Source: Euryarchaeota archaeon UBA130 (GTDB lineage Archaea; Thermoplasmatota; Poseidoniia; Poseidoniales; Thalassarchaeaceae). From it: a DNA stretch of 64,000 nt. Numbering within the stretch: position 1 is the first letter of the stretch; each line of letters starts with the position of its first letter. This document shows, piece after piece, positions 1-9,913 of the stretch. The stretch lies in NCBI GenBank assembly GCA_002505775.1, contig DAVY01000009.1, positions 23,356 through 87,355 of the forward strand, written 5' to 3'. The position numbers and the translations under genes are program-made. Under the pieces are notes generated by a model that saw nothing but the letters and a program-made list of their open reading frames with translations, was not told the DNA's origin and did no database searches.

Positions 1-2
1 TT

Positions 3-1475
3 TTAATGATGTTCATTGGTGCAGTAGGTAAGTCCGCCCAGTTCCCTCTTCATGTCTGGCTACCAGATGCCATGGAAGGTCCGACACCAGTTTCAGCATT
101 AATTCATGCTGCAACGATGGTAAATGCGGGGCTATACCTTGTGGCAAGAATGGTACCTTTCGTTGATGTAGGCCATCACGGAGTAGCAGGATTAGAGGAT
201 CTCGGACTCATAGTTGCATATGTCGGAGGAATAACTGCATTTATGGCCGCGGCCATCGCCTTCGTGCAGAATGATATCAAGAAGGTTCTTGCTTACTCCA
301 CAATGAGCCAACTTGCGTACATATTCACCGGTTTAGGGTCTGCACTCTGGTTTTACAACAATGACCAACACCATGCAGCTGTAGTTGTCTTTGGATCCTC
401 GATGTTTCACCTCTTCAATCACGCCATGGCAAAAGGAATGCTCTTTATGGCTAGCGGTTCCGTAATACATGAGGTACATCACGCTCACGACCACATACAT
501 CATGGGAATGGGGATGGTCACGGGCATGATTTTGATCCTCAAGATATGAGGAATATGGGGGGACTCGCCTCCAAGATGCCAGTAACTGCCACAGCAATGA
601 TGTTTGGCTCTATGTCAATAATCGGAATTCCACTCATAGGCGGTTTTTGGTCCAAAGAAGGAATCATCGCCGAAACCTGGCTAGCCGCTCTGGAACACGA
701 GCCGCTGATGTACGGTCCAGCAATACTGGTCTTGCTGACTGCGGGCATGACAGGTTTCTACATGTCGAGAATGTGGTTCATGACATTTGCTGGAGAGCCT
801 AAATCAGAAGTTGTTGAGCATATCCACGAAGAAACTCAGTGGATTAAAATGCCACTCGTGGTGTTAACCGCAATAACTGCTTTCGGGGGTTTTGCCTTTG
901 CATTACTTGGTGCCACGGACTATCTCTCATCTGCGTATGACTACTCGGGACATCTCAAGCTCCACAAGTCGACACTACTCGAGTCAATTCTCTACAAGCT
1001 TGAGTATGCATTCCTGCCAGAGAAAATCAACTTGAGGATAGTTGGATGGGTCACAATCTTCCTCTCCTTCATAGTCGGTCCCGTTTTAGCTGCGAGGATT
1101 CACGGCGGAAAACTCGCTGACGGAGAGTCGTCAACACCATTCGTTTCATGGCTAGTCTCGGCTTCATCCAAGTTTGGTAAGCAAGATGTGAGCTCACTAG
1201 CTGAATCAGATCTCTCCGTAGCATTGCAAAACAGACTCTACTTCGATGACTTGTACGAAGGAGTGTTGGCTAGAACAGTAATCCCATTCTCCCAGTTCAC
1301 TGCATGGTTTGACAGGAACGTAATTGACGGATTAGTGAAGCAGATAGAGACAAGATCAGTTTCAGGGTCAGTCCAAGTCAGAGGACTGACAACCGGAAGC
1401 GCTCGAGACTACATCCTGATGGCCACGGTTGGTATGCTGAGCATTATAACGCTACTATGGGGGATAAACTCATGA
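3..1475 (+). CDS. nuoL: NADH-quinone oxidoreductase (complex I) subunit L, C-terminal ~490 aa; the 5' end lies upstream of the window
   Basis: Carries the ND5/NuoL signature GKSAQFPLHVWLPDAMEGPTPVSALIHAATMV plus a long C-terminal lateral-helix region. The frame is open to the window edge. nuoM and nuoN follow in canonical order. Confidence 0.93.
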   Translation, partial: LMMFIGAVGKSAQFPLHVWLPDAMEGPTPVSALIHAATMVNAGLYLVARMVPFVDVGHHGVAGLEDLGLIVAYVGGITAFMAAAIAFVQNDIKKVLAYSTMSQLAYIFTGLGSALWFYNNDQHHAAVVVFGSSMFHLFNHAMAKGMLFMASGSVIHEVHHAHDHIHHGNGDGHGHDFDPQDMRNMGGLASKMPVTATAMMFGSMSIIGIPLIGGFWSKEGIIAETWLAALEHEPLMYGPAILVLLTAGMTGFYMSRMWFMTFAGEPKSEVVEHIHEETQWIKMPLVVLTAITAFGGFAFALLGATDYLSSAYDYSGHLKLHKSTLLESILYKLEYAFLPEKINLRIVGWVTIFLSFIVGPVLAARIHGGKLADGESSTPFVSWLVSASSKFGKQDVSSLAESDLSVALQNRLYFDDLYEGVLARTVIPFSQFTAWFDRNVIDGLVKQIETRSVSGSVQVRGLTTGSARDYILMATVGMLSIITLLWGINS

Positions 1476-3064
1476 TTTCTGATCCTCTGACTGTCATCAC
1501 CCTCATCCCGATATTAGTAAGCTTGGTACTTCTCATTGTTCCCAAAATAACGTCTTCCGCTGAGGGACTGGCTAGGGCTTCTAGGGCTATCAGTATGGGT
1601 GTCTCACTAGGAATGCTGGCTATCACAACAATGATTTTCTTCGGGGAGATTGGAAATGTGGATTGGTCGAACTACAATTCCGGATACTACCTAACTAATG
1701 ACCCAGTCGCCCTTATTCCCTCAATTGGGGTTTACTGGAAAGTTGGTGCGGATGCCCTCTCTTTCCCGATGATTTGGCTCACAACCCTACTAATCCCAAT
1801 ATCAATGCTGGTGGAATGGGATGCTAAGAAAGGACATCTCTTCCACCCGTTAATTTTGATGATGGAAGGGGCCCTCATTGGAGTTTTCGTTTCCCTGGAC
1901 ATGTTTGTCTTCTACGCCTTTTGGGAACTAACCCTAGTCCCTATGTTCTTCCTGATTATGATATGGGGCGGAGAGGATAGAAAATATGCCTCAATGAAGT
2001 TCTTCATCTACACATTCACTGCTAGCGTGATTATGCTGATTGGAATACTAGTGATGTATCTCTACACTCCTGATGTCGCCTCATCTGGCTCTATAACAGG
2101 CCACTCCTTTGATATGTCAGTGATGGTATCATCTACAGAATTCATACCCAGTGAGGGACTTAGGCACCTAGTTTGGCTACTCTTACTTATCGGCTTTGCA
2201 ACTAAGATGCCGAGCGTACCAGTCCACACATGGCTACCCGACGCCCACGTACAGGCGCCGACTGCTGGCTCGATGCTACTGGCAGGAGTAATGCTGAAGA
2301 TGGGCGCATATGGATTCCTGAGGATCGCTGTCGCAGCTTTCCCCGAATCTACTGTCGCCTTCATCCCCCTCTTGATCTTCCTTGGCATGGCAAGCTTGGT
2401 TTACGGCGCTTGGGTCTGCATGGGCCAAACTAACCTCAAGAGGATGGTGGCATATTCTTCTGTATCACACATGGGCCTTATTTTCCTTGGAATAGCTACG
2501 ATGCAACCACTGGGTATAGCAGGTGCTCTCTTCATGATGTTTGCACATGGGATAATCAGCCCACTCCTCTTCGCTGTAGCAGGGGCTTTCAAACATCATT
2601 ATCACACACTAGAGATTGGCTCAATGAGAGGAATAGCGCATCACAGCCCGTGGCTCTCAGCTCATATGATGTTGGGTTGGATGGCAAGCCTAGGCCTTCC
2701 CCTACTGGCAGGTTTCGTCGCTGAAGTGACAATTCTAATTGCGTTCTGGATGTCCTTCGGCTGGTTGGTGCTACTTCCAACACTTACTCTGATAATCACG
2801 GCCGTCTATTACCTCACGTCCATGCAGAGGACAATTTTCGAATCTAATGACCCACATCACGGGATACTTCCCGACACACTACATGGAGAGGAACCAAGAG
2901 ATATTACATGGCATGAGAATGCTGGAATGATTATTCTGGGCGCATTGACCATCCTATTCGGAATACTTCCATTCATCTTCTGGGATATGATGTCAGAATG
3001 GAGCTCCGGCTTCCTTTTGGAAACTCTTGTCCAAGCCATGCAGTCAGAGGGGGTGAAACCTTGA
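1472..3064 (+). CDS. nuoM: NADH-quinone oxidoreductase subunit M
   Basis: ND4/NuoM signature VPVHTWLPDAHVQAPTAGSMLLAGVMLKMGAYGFLR. The ATG at 1472 overlaps the nuoL stop (ATGA). An alternative ATG lies at 1457. Confidence 0.92.
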   Translation: MISDPLTVITLIPILVSLVLLIVPKITSSAEGLARASRAISMGVSLGMLAITTMIFFGEIGNVDWSNYNSGYYLTNDPVALIPSIGVYWKVGADALSFPMIWLTTLLIPISMLVEWDAKKGHLFHPLILMMEGALIGVFVSLDMFVFYAFWELTLVPMFFLIMIWGGEDRKYASMKFFIYTFTASVIMLIGILVMYLYTPDVASSGSITGHSFDMSVMVSSTEFIPSEGLRHLVWLLLLIGFATKMPSVPVHTWLPDAHVQAPTAGSMLLAGVMLKMGAYGFLRIAVAAFPESTVAFIPLLIFLGMASLVYGAWVCMGQTNLKRMVAYSSVSHMGLIFLGIATMQPLGIAGALFMMFAHGIISPLLFAVAGAFKHHYHTLEIGSMRGIAHHSPWLSAHMMLGWMASLGLPLLAGFVAEVTILIAFWMSFGWLVLLPTLTLIITAVYYLTSMQRTIFESNDPHHGILPDTLHGEEPRDITWHENAGMIILGALTILFGILPFIFWDMMSEWSSGFLLETLVQAMQSEGVKP

Positions 3065-4767
3065 CTTCACTGGGTCAGTTGCCTCTTGACTCGGATACCG
3101 CTTCATCCCTGTTGCCCGAGACTGTGATGCTCGTAGGTCTGATTGCAATAGTTCTGATCCCCAATCTAGGTGATGCGAAATTCAGGATTCCACTTACATC
3201 AGTAAGAGTCCCAGTTCTATTGGGGGGCTCTAGATTCAATATGACCAATGATCCTAGAATGCCAAACAGGATATCTAACATTACATTCTTGGTCGCATTC
3301 CTGTCATCTTTGGTTCTGATCTCAGAATCACCAAGAGAAGTTGGAGGGGTCTTGATGGCAGATGGTTTCAGTAGGATTTTCTCAACGATGTTCCTTGGTG
3401 CCTTGCTTTTAGTCAGCGTAGCAACTACTCACAGGATCCCAGCAAAGACAAAAGCTCCAATTCCGGAAGATTCAGATTCCAAAGCGACCGTCGATAGAAA
3501 AATTTCCGTCCTTATTGATAACAGGAGGCAAGTCGACTTCTACATCCTCCTGATTATGGTTGGTCTGGGAATGAGTATGATGACAATGGCCACAAATCTA
3601 TTCATGATGATAGTTTGCATTGAATTGGCCTCGCTCTCCACTTATGTTCTAGTAGCTTTCCACAAGGAGTCCCCATCTGGCGGCGAAGCAGGCGCCAAAT
3701 ACTTCATTGTTGGCTCAGTTGCTTCGGCGATTGGAATCTACGGCATGTCCCTACTTTACCTCTGGTCTGGGAGTCTTGACCTAGATGTTCTGAGAGAAAG
3801 CTGGCAGGCCATGGATGGAGTTGACCCATTCGCCGCATTTGGGATAGGTATGATGTTAGTGGCTTTCGGCTTCAAGGTAAGTGCAGCACCATTCCACCTA
3901 GCTGCACCCGATGCCTACTCTGGAGCGGCATCTCCAATTTCTGGGCTCCTTGCTACTGCCTCAAAGGCAATGGGATTCGTAGCACTTTTCAGAGTCTTGG
4001 TAATCATCACAGTTCCAGAAGGCGCTGAAGCACTTTGGATGGTGGCCCTGGGAATATTTGCTGTTGTGACCATGACATGGGGTAACCTAGCCGCTCTGAC
4101 AAGTGAAAATCCCAAGAGGATGCTTGCCTACTCCAGCGTGGCGCATGCTGGATACATGCTCGCAGCCTTCGCAGTGGTAGGAAGTGGGATATCCAGCACT
4201 GAAGAAAGCGTGGTAATACTGACCGCAGTAACTTTCCACTTAGCAGTATTAGTCCTCTTCAAACTTGGAGCATTCTTGGTTATTACACACCTAGAAACGG
4301 AAGGAAAGGGGCACAATATCGAGCATCTTCACGGTCTAGGAAACAGGGACCCAATGATCGCCGGATCGATGTTTCTGTTTGTTCTTTCATTGGCGGGAGT
4401 CCCCCCTCTGTCAGGATTCCTCTCAAAACTACTCATGATCAATGGAATCGTCTCCACGTCGGCCTCTACTGGGTCCTCCGATACCTCCGACATAGCTACG
4501 TGGGCCGAATCAGTCGATCCATTATTCTGGCTAGCAGCCGCAATTGTATTGAATAGCGCCTTGTCACTATTCTACTACCTTAGGATTGGTCTTGTTATGT
4601 TCTTTGAAGAACCAGCATCGACTAAACCGCTTAAGGCTGCTCCCTCCCTCAGAATGGCTATTTTCGCTTGTGCAATATTGACATTACTTTGCGGTGTTGG
4701 ACCAGTCAGCGAATGGCTATTAGACTTAGTTAACGGAGCAATCGACTCATTCATGCATCAGGTATGA
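3061..4767 (+). CDS. nuoN: NADH-quinone oxidoreductase subunit N
   Basis: ND2/NuoN signature FKVSAAPFHLAAPDAYSGAASPISGLLATASKAMGF, and it is the last gene of the nuo order. The start is uncertain: a TTG at 3061 overlaps the nuoM stop (TTGA), and GTG 3124 or ATG 3127 are alternatives. The ORF-track start at 2998 lies inside nuoM and is unlikely. Confidence 0.88.
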   Translation: MTSLGQLPLDSDTASSLLPETVMLVGLIAIVLIPNLGDAKFRIPLTSVRVPVLLGGSRFNMTNDPRMPNRISNITFLVAFLSSLVLISESPREVGGVLMADGFSRIFSTMFLGALLLVSVATTHRIPAKTKAPIPEDSDSKATVDRKISVLIDNRRQVDFYILLIMVGLGMSMMTMATNLFMMIVCIELASLSTYVLVAFHKESPSGGEAGAKYFIVGSVASAIGIYGMSLLYLWSGSLDLDVLRESWQAMDGVDPFAAFGIGMMLVAFGFKVSAAPFHLAAPDAYSGAASPISGLLATASKAMGFVALFRVLVIITVPEGAEALWMVALGIFAVVTMTWGNLAALTSENPKRMLAYSSVAHAGYMLAAFAVVGSGISSTEESVVILTAVTFHLAVLVLFKLGAFLVITHLETEGKGHNIEHLHGLGNRDPMIAGSMFLFVLSLAGVPPLSGFLSKLLMINGIVSTSASTGSSDTSDIATWAESVDPLFWLAAAIVLNSALSLFYYLRIGLVMFFEEPASTKPLKAAPSLRMAIFACAILTLLCGVGPVSEWLLDLVNGAIDSFMHQV

Positions 4768-4804
4768 GGCTCAACTTCACATAGGTGACTATCGACGGAT
4801 ACCC

Positions 4805-5323
4805 GTGGGGCGTAGAGAGGAGAAGGTCGATTTTGAGCGGTTAGCTCAGCTAGAATCTGGCAGTGGAGACAGAATCAGAGTCCCTCTTCCCAACAGAAAG
4901 GTCAATGAAATGTTCGCAATAGCCGATGAGATTCTGGGTGGACGGAGACTAAGGGCTGTTTGTGAAGACGGATTAAGTAGAATTTCAAGAATACCTGGAA
5001 AGATGAGAAGAAGGCAATGGGTAAGGGAAGGGGATCTCATAGTCATACAGCCTTGGGACTTCCAAGATGAAAAGGCCAACGTGTGCATGAGGTACACAAA
5101 GACACAGTCGCTATATCTATCCAGAAAGGGGGTTCTTCCTGAAATAGTAGATCTCTTCGGCCTTTCTGAGGAAAAATCATCTGAAGACGAACAAGATAAT
5201 GAATCCTTAATTGAGGAGGTCCAAGAACCTGAAAGCATTCAGGTGGACGAAGTCGAAGAAGAGACCCCAATTAAAATCCAATCCAGTAATGATGAAGATG
5301 ACATAGACTCATTCTTCGGGTGA
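4805..5323 (+). CDS. eif1A: Translation initiation factor aIF-1A (S1/OB fold) with a long acidic C-terminal tail
   Basis: The core LGGRRLRAVCEDGLSRISRIPGKMRRRQWVREGDLIVIQPWDFQDEKANVCMRY matches the eIF1A/aIF1A OB fold. It starts with GTG. It is followed by Rio kinase and a KH protein, as in the conserved archaeal cluster. Confidence 0.9.
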   Translation: MGRREEKVDFERLAQLESGSGDRIRVPLPNRKVNEMFAIADEILGGRRLRAVCEDGLSRISRIPGKMRRRQWVREGDLIVIQPWDFQDEKANVCMRYTKTQSLYLSRKGVLPEIVDLFGLSEEKSSEDEQDNESLIEEVQEPESIQVDEVEEETPIKIQSSNDEDDIDSFFG

Positions 5324-5327
5324 GTAA

Positions 5328-6206
5328 ATGAATGATGATGAGAACTGGGACGAAGATATAGATGCGATAATGAAGTCGCAGACAAAACACGATTGGATGT
5401 CTGAGCCGAGGTTTAGGAAAATATTCGATGAGATAGAAGATGGGCTCCAAGGTGTAATGGGCAAAGGTCCATTTGAGTGGGTTGACAAGAGAGTTTTCGA
5501 TGCAGTATTTGACAAGTCTACACTGCTAGCGATACACAAGCTCATGCAAAAGGGTGACATCGAGACTATCGATTACCCTATTGCTAGGGGCAAGGAAGCC
5601 CATGTCTTCCACGCTACATCAGTCAACGGCCCGGTAGCTGTGAAAATCTTCCATACTACGAATGCAGTCTTCAAGGGATTGGCCAAGTATATCGACGGGG
5701 ATCCTCGATTTAACGGTCTTTCTGGAAGACATAGAGAATTGGTTAACATTTGGGTGAAGAAGGAATTCAGGAACCTAAGAAGAATGAGAAAGCATGGGAT
5801 ACGTGTACCATTGCCGATATCATACAACAAGAATGTCTTGGTAATGGAATTGATTGGAGACACTTCTGCAGCACCCAGACTAAGAGATATTGAGGTAGAT
5901 AAAAAACTCGAAACATTCTCAGAAATGCTGGATATGGTTGCTGTTTCATGGCAAAAGGCCAATCTTGTTCATGCGGATTTGAGTGAGTACAACATCCTTT
6001 GGTACGAAGGCCAACCTTGGTTCATAGACGTGGGTCAGGGAGTCACCGAACAACATCCGCACTCCGAAGAATTCCTGGTGCGAGATGTGACTAGGTTGGT
6101 TCATTGGATAAATAAGCAGGGATATGAGGTCGAATTAGCAGACTCTATCCTCAGGGTATTAGAGGAACCAGTACCAGATTTGGAATCTCTCCCGGGCGTG
6201 GATTAA
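5328..6206 (+). CDS. rio1: RIO-type serine/threonine protein kinase (Rio1-like)
   Basis: RIO motifs: GKEAHVF, VAVKIFH, LVHADLSEYNILW, FIDVGQGV. It starts 4 nt after aIF1A. Confidence 0.9.
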   Translation: MNDDENWDEDIDAIMKSQTKHDWMSEPRFRKIFDEIEDGLQGVMGKGPFEWVDKRVFDAVFDKSTLLAIHKLMQKGDIETIDYPIARGKEAHVFHATSVNGPVAVKIFHTTNAVFKGLAKYIDGDPRFNGLSGRHRELVNIWVKKEFRNLRRMRKHGIRVPLPISYNKNVLVMELIGDTSAAPRLRDIEVDKKLETFSEMLDMVAVSWQKANLVHADLSEYNILWYEGQPWFIDVGQGVTEQHPHSEEFLVRDVTRLVHWINKQGYEVELADSILRVLEEPVPDLESLPGVD

Positions 6207-6219
6207 AGAGAGGCGCCTA

Positions 6220-6960
6220 TTGGAAACCCTCGTGGAGCCCATAGCGCGTATACCCAAGGACCGTATCGCGGTACTGATTGGCAAGGGAGGATCAACCAGG
6301 AAGATGATAGAAGAAGCCTGTGGTGGAAAATTGGATATCGACTCTAGGTCTGGGGAAGTATCGGTAGATTGGTCAGATTCAGATGTAGATCCTGTTAAAA
6401 AAATGAAGACACCAGATGTCATTCTTGCAATAGGAAGGGGACTATCCCCCAAAAGAGCAGTCAACCTACTCAAGGATGAAATAAATCTTCGAGTATATGA
6501 TATCAGGGAGTGGGTTGGAAGACAACCAAACCAAATAAGGAGAATGAGGAGCAGGCTGATTGGTCGTAATGGCCTGATCAGGAGCCGTATTGAGGAGCTC
6601 TCTGGAACTGAAATTGCTATTTATGGCTCATCAGTAATTGTTATTGGCGATGAGATGGGACTTGAGGTAGCCAACCCGGCAATAGAGTCGATATTACGGG
6701 GTGCTGAGCATGGTAGCGTGCTCCACGGACTTGAGAAGGATAGGAAGAGGCAACGAATCCGTTCAAGGAGCCTAGAGAGCTATGAGGAAAGAAGGAACGA
6801 AGAGTCTCCATTTGACTCACTTGTCCCGGGATTATCAGCGGCCCGAAGAAGAAGAGAAAGGAGACTCAAGGATAGTCAGATAAATGTTGAAGATAAGGGT
6901 GCCATTGACGAAATGTTGGAACTTGCTGAAGATGAGGAAATCATCTACGAGGAAGAATGA
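6220..6960 (+). CDS. KH-domain RNA-binding protein (aDim2/Pno1-like) with a charged C-terminal extension
   Basis: KH GXXG loops (LIGKGGSTRKMIEE and LIGRNGLIRSRIEE). It sits in the conserved position after aIF1A-Rio. It starts with TTG, with GTG 6232 as an alternative. Confidence 0.8.
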   Translation: METLVEPIARIPKDRIAVLIGKGGSTRKMIEEACGGKLDIDSRSGEVSVDWSDSDVDPVKKMKTPDVILAIGRGLSPKRAVNLLKDEINLRVYDIREWVGRQPNQIRRMRSRLIGRNGLIRSRIEELSGTEIAIYGSSVIVIGDEMGLEVANPAIESILRGAEHGSVLHGLEKDRKRQRIRSRSLESYEERRNEESPFDSLVPGLSAARRRRERRLKDSQINVEDKGAIDEMLELAEDEEIIYEEE

Positions 6961-7002
6961 ATTCTTCCGCCATTCCTAAGACATGAACCTCTTCGTAGGC
7001 AT

Positions 7003-8283
7003 ATGAATGACACCGGTTATGTGCTATACGACTATGAGAAATGGTCAATATATGCACTTACTGCCATCACCGTCCTCCTACTTTCGGCATTTTCTCTCAA
7101 TATTCTCGATATCCCAAATCCACTGACAGATTTCGTTACTGAATATTATGTGGACCCTATCCTTGACGAGTCAGGAGGGGATGCGGGGTACAATGAGACT
7201 AACACAATCACCTACGCAGTAGTCCTGGCCCTCTTTGTCGCCGCGTTAAGTGCTTGGTTGAGGATTCTTAACATAGATTCCAGCGAGGCTACAATACTGG
7301 CCCTGTTGCCATATGTCTTCTGGGCGGCTCTAGGGGAGGTTGTGGAAGATGCGGATCTGTTTGATATCGAAATGGCTCCTCTATTTGTAAGTCCAAGTAT
7401 TCATTTCCAGACTGCTCTATGGGTCATAATTGCTGGCTCCATCGGTTATCATGTTAGGAACTATGGCTCAGGAGTTAGTGAAAGGGAGAAGAATAGAATT
7501 CTGGAAAGCCTCTCGATGATTGCAATATTCTCACAGTTCTTGATTTATGGTCATTCAATCTCCGTGAGCGAGGTGGGTAGTGAGGTAGATCTGACAATGT
7601 TCGCATTAATTGGAATATCGGCCACTTTCCTACCGATATTCTTCAGGGAATCAACATCGGAATTCACTTATGTCCAGAGGTCTGTGTATCTAGTTGGCTC
7701 TGGAGGAGTACTGGTATTCTTTGGAGCCTTGGTTTCCTTCGCCACAACTCTTCCAGATGACAAGCTGACACTATGGCCACTGGTTATCGTTCTGGGAATC
7801 CCCATATTGATATGCTATGTGATGTTTGTTTCCGGAATAGAGTCTTCAAGAATTCTCTCAGAGAGGGGCTTTGTCGCAGGAATACTTCCTGAAGGAATGT
7901 CAGAATCTGAATATGAAGACCTAGTTTCTGATGACAAACTGATTATGGAGGAAAACAGAAAGAAAGCAGTGCTGGCGTATCCGGTGGTTTTTCTTGCAGT
8001 ATCAGGACAGGTGATGGACGGATTAGCGACATGGATAGGCATTGACTACTTCGGCTATGAGGAGAAGCATCTTCTATCAGCTTGGATTATCGAAGAATTC
8101 GGTAATACATTCGGCTTCACATTAGTGAAGGCGGGCCTCGGTCTGATTATCTGGTGGTTCTTCGCCTTCGCAAACTTTGAGCATAGGCAACAGCACCTTA
8201 GATTACTAGTGGGTCTAATGATATTAGTCGTAGGAATGGCTCCAGGACTGAGAGGGGTAGCGAGACTGGTCATCGGCCAGTAA
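7003..8283 (+). CDS. Polytopic membrane protein of unknown function (possibly DUF63-related)
   Basis: It has about 9-10 hydrophobic segments. The segments GYNETNTITYAVVLALF and VMDGLATWIGIDYFGYEEKHLLS resemble what I recall of archaeal DUF63 proteins. The family assignment is weak. Confidence 0.55.
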   Translation: MNDTGYVLYDYEKWSIYALTAITVLLLSAFSLNILDIPNPLTDFVTEYYVDPILDESGGDAGYNETNTITYAVVLALFVAALSAWLRILNIDSSEATILALLPYVFWAALGEVVEDADLFDIEMAPLFVSPSIHFQTALWVIIAGSIGYHVRNYGSGVSEREKNRILESLSMIAIFSQFLIYGHSISVSEVGSEVDLTMFALIGISATFLPIFFRESTSEFTYVQRSVYLVGSGGVLVFFGALVSFATTLPDDKLTLWPLVIVLGIPILICYVMFVSGIESSRILSERGFVAGILPEGMSESEYEDLVSDDKLIMEENRKKAVLAYPVVFLAVSGQVMDGLATWIGIDYFGYEEKHLLSAWIIEEFGNTFGFTLVKAGLGLIIWWFFAFANFEHRQQHLRLLVGLMILVVGMAPGLRGVARLVIGQ

Positions 8284-8340
8284 AAGTACTAATGGAGGAA
8301 TACTTCCCATTCAATTGAAGGCTTAAACACCATCACGGAT

Positions 8341-9909
8341 ATGATACTCATGGATAGGCTGCCAACGAGAATCGACAAATCGAGTGAAGATTACTCTATC
8401 AGGAAGAGTCACAATTCAGCCTTAATCGAGGAACTCAGGGAAAGGGTAGATATCGCGAAAAATGGGGGCGGTGGAAAATACGTCGAGAGGCATGAGGCCA
8501 GAGGGAAGGGGATGCCTAGGGACAGAATTTCAGAAATTTGTGATCCAGGGTCTCCTTTCATCGAGTTTTCTACATTGGCGGCGTTCGAGATGTATGATGG
8601 CAAAGCCCACTCAGCAGGAATAGTTACTGGCATAGGAGTGGTCCATGGGAAAGAGTGCGTCTTTGTGGCTAACGACGCCACAGTAAAGGGCGGGTCATAC
8701 TATCCGATGACTGTCAAGAAACACATTAGGGCCCAAGAAGTTGCTGAGTCAAACAATCTCCCCTGTATATACCTTGTAGACTCAGGAGGGGCCTTCCTCC
8801 CTCTTCAAGATCAGGTGTTCCCTGACAAAGGACATTTTGGTAGAATATTCAGGAATCAGGCGATTCTGTCAAGTAAGGGGATACCCCAAGTTGCCGCTGT
8901 CTTGGGATCATGTACAGCGGGCGGTGCGTACATCCCAGCAATGAGTGATGAATCAATAATAGTAAAGGGCAATGGAACAATCTTCCTTGCAGGACCACCA
9001 CTGGTAAAAGCTGCAACAGGTGAAGAGGTCAGTGCTGAGAATCTCGGAGGAGCGGATTTGCATACCCGGGAATCAGGAGTTGCAGATCACTTTGCAGAAG
9101 ATGAGACAGAGGCTCTTCAGACTGTCAGAGACATAGTTGAGAATCTCAACGTTGGAAAGAAAATTAGACTTGATACGGAGGACCCAGAGGATCCATATCA
9201 CGACCCAGAAGAGTTACTAGGAATTATTCCTGATGACAATAGGACTCCATATGATGTCAAGGAGGTTATCTCAAGGATTGTAGATGGTAGCAGATTTCAT
9301 GAATTCAAGGAGAGGTATGGAACTTCCTTGGTCTGCGGTTTTGCAAGGATACACGGGTACCCGGTTGGTATAGTGGCAAATAATGGTATATTGTTTTCAG
9401 AGTCTTCCCTAAAGGGAGCGCATTTTGTAGAACTCTGCGGTCAAAGGGGAATTCCTCTAGTCTTCCTGCAGAATATCATGGGATTCATGGTTGGAAGAGA
9501 TGCAGAAGCAGGAGGAATAGCCAAAGACGGGGCCAAACTTGTTACTGCAGTCTCTTGTGTGCCAGTCCCAAAGTTTACAGTAATCATAGGGGGCTCACAT
9601 GGAGCCGGAAACTATGGAATGTGTGGTAGGGCATACGATCCAAGATTCCTATTCATGTGGCCGAATGCTAGAATATCCGTAATGGGAGGAGAGCAAGCAG
9701 CCAGCGTTCTTTCAACTGTAGGTAATGCCGACCCAGAGGCAATAAGGGAGAAGTATGAGAGGGAGAGCAATCCATACTACTCTACTGCCAGAATATGGGA
9801 TGATGGAGTGATTGACCCTAGAGATACCAGGGATATCTTAGGACTCTGTATCTCATCCTCTCTAAATGCTAAGATGCCAGAAAATAGGTATGGAGTATTC
9901 AGGATGTGA
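8341..9909 (+). CDS. Methylcrotonyl-CoA carboxylase beta (carboxyltransferase) subunit
   Basis: Acyl-CoA carboxyltransferase fold with an MCC-beta-type N-terminus ([35 protein letters not shown]). It clusters with an enoyl-CoA hydratase, a biotin carboxylase and a BCCP, the liuB-C-D arrangement. Confidence 0.85.
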   Translation: MILMDRLPTRIDKSSEDYSIRKSHNSALIEELRERVDIAKNGGGGKYVERHEARGKGMPRDRISEICDPGSPFIEFSTLAAFEMYDGKAHSAGIVTGIGVVHGKECVFVANDATVKGGSYYPMTVKKHIRAQEVAESNNLPCIYLVDSGGAFLPLQDQVFPDKGHFGRIFRNQAILSSKGIPQVAAVLGSCTAGGAYIPAMSDESIIVKGNGTIFLAGPPLVKAATGEEVSAENLGGADLHTRESGVADHFAEDETEALQTVRDIVENLNVGKKIRLDTEDPEDPYHDPEELLGIIPDDNRTPYDVKEVISRIVDGSRFHEFKERYGTSLVCGFARIHGYPVGIVANNGILFSESSLKGAHFVELCGQRGIPLVFLQNIMGFMVGRDAEAGGIAKDGAKLVTAVSCVPVPKFTVIIGGSHGAGNYGMCGRAYDPRFLFMWPNARISVMGGEQAASVLSTVGNADPEAIREKYERESNPYYSTARIWDDGVIDPRDTRDILGLCISSSLNAKMPENRYGVFRM

Positions 9910-9913
9910 AATT

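Noticed and set aside
4846-5560. Minus-strand ORFs overlapping aIF1A and the Rio kinase gene (4846-5238, 5043-5270, 5309-5560).
   Set aside because: They are antisense to well-supported genes in a conserved cluster and are low in complexity.
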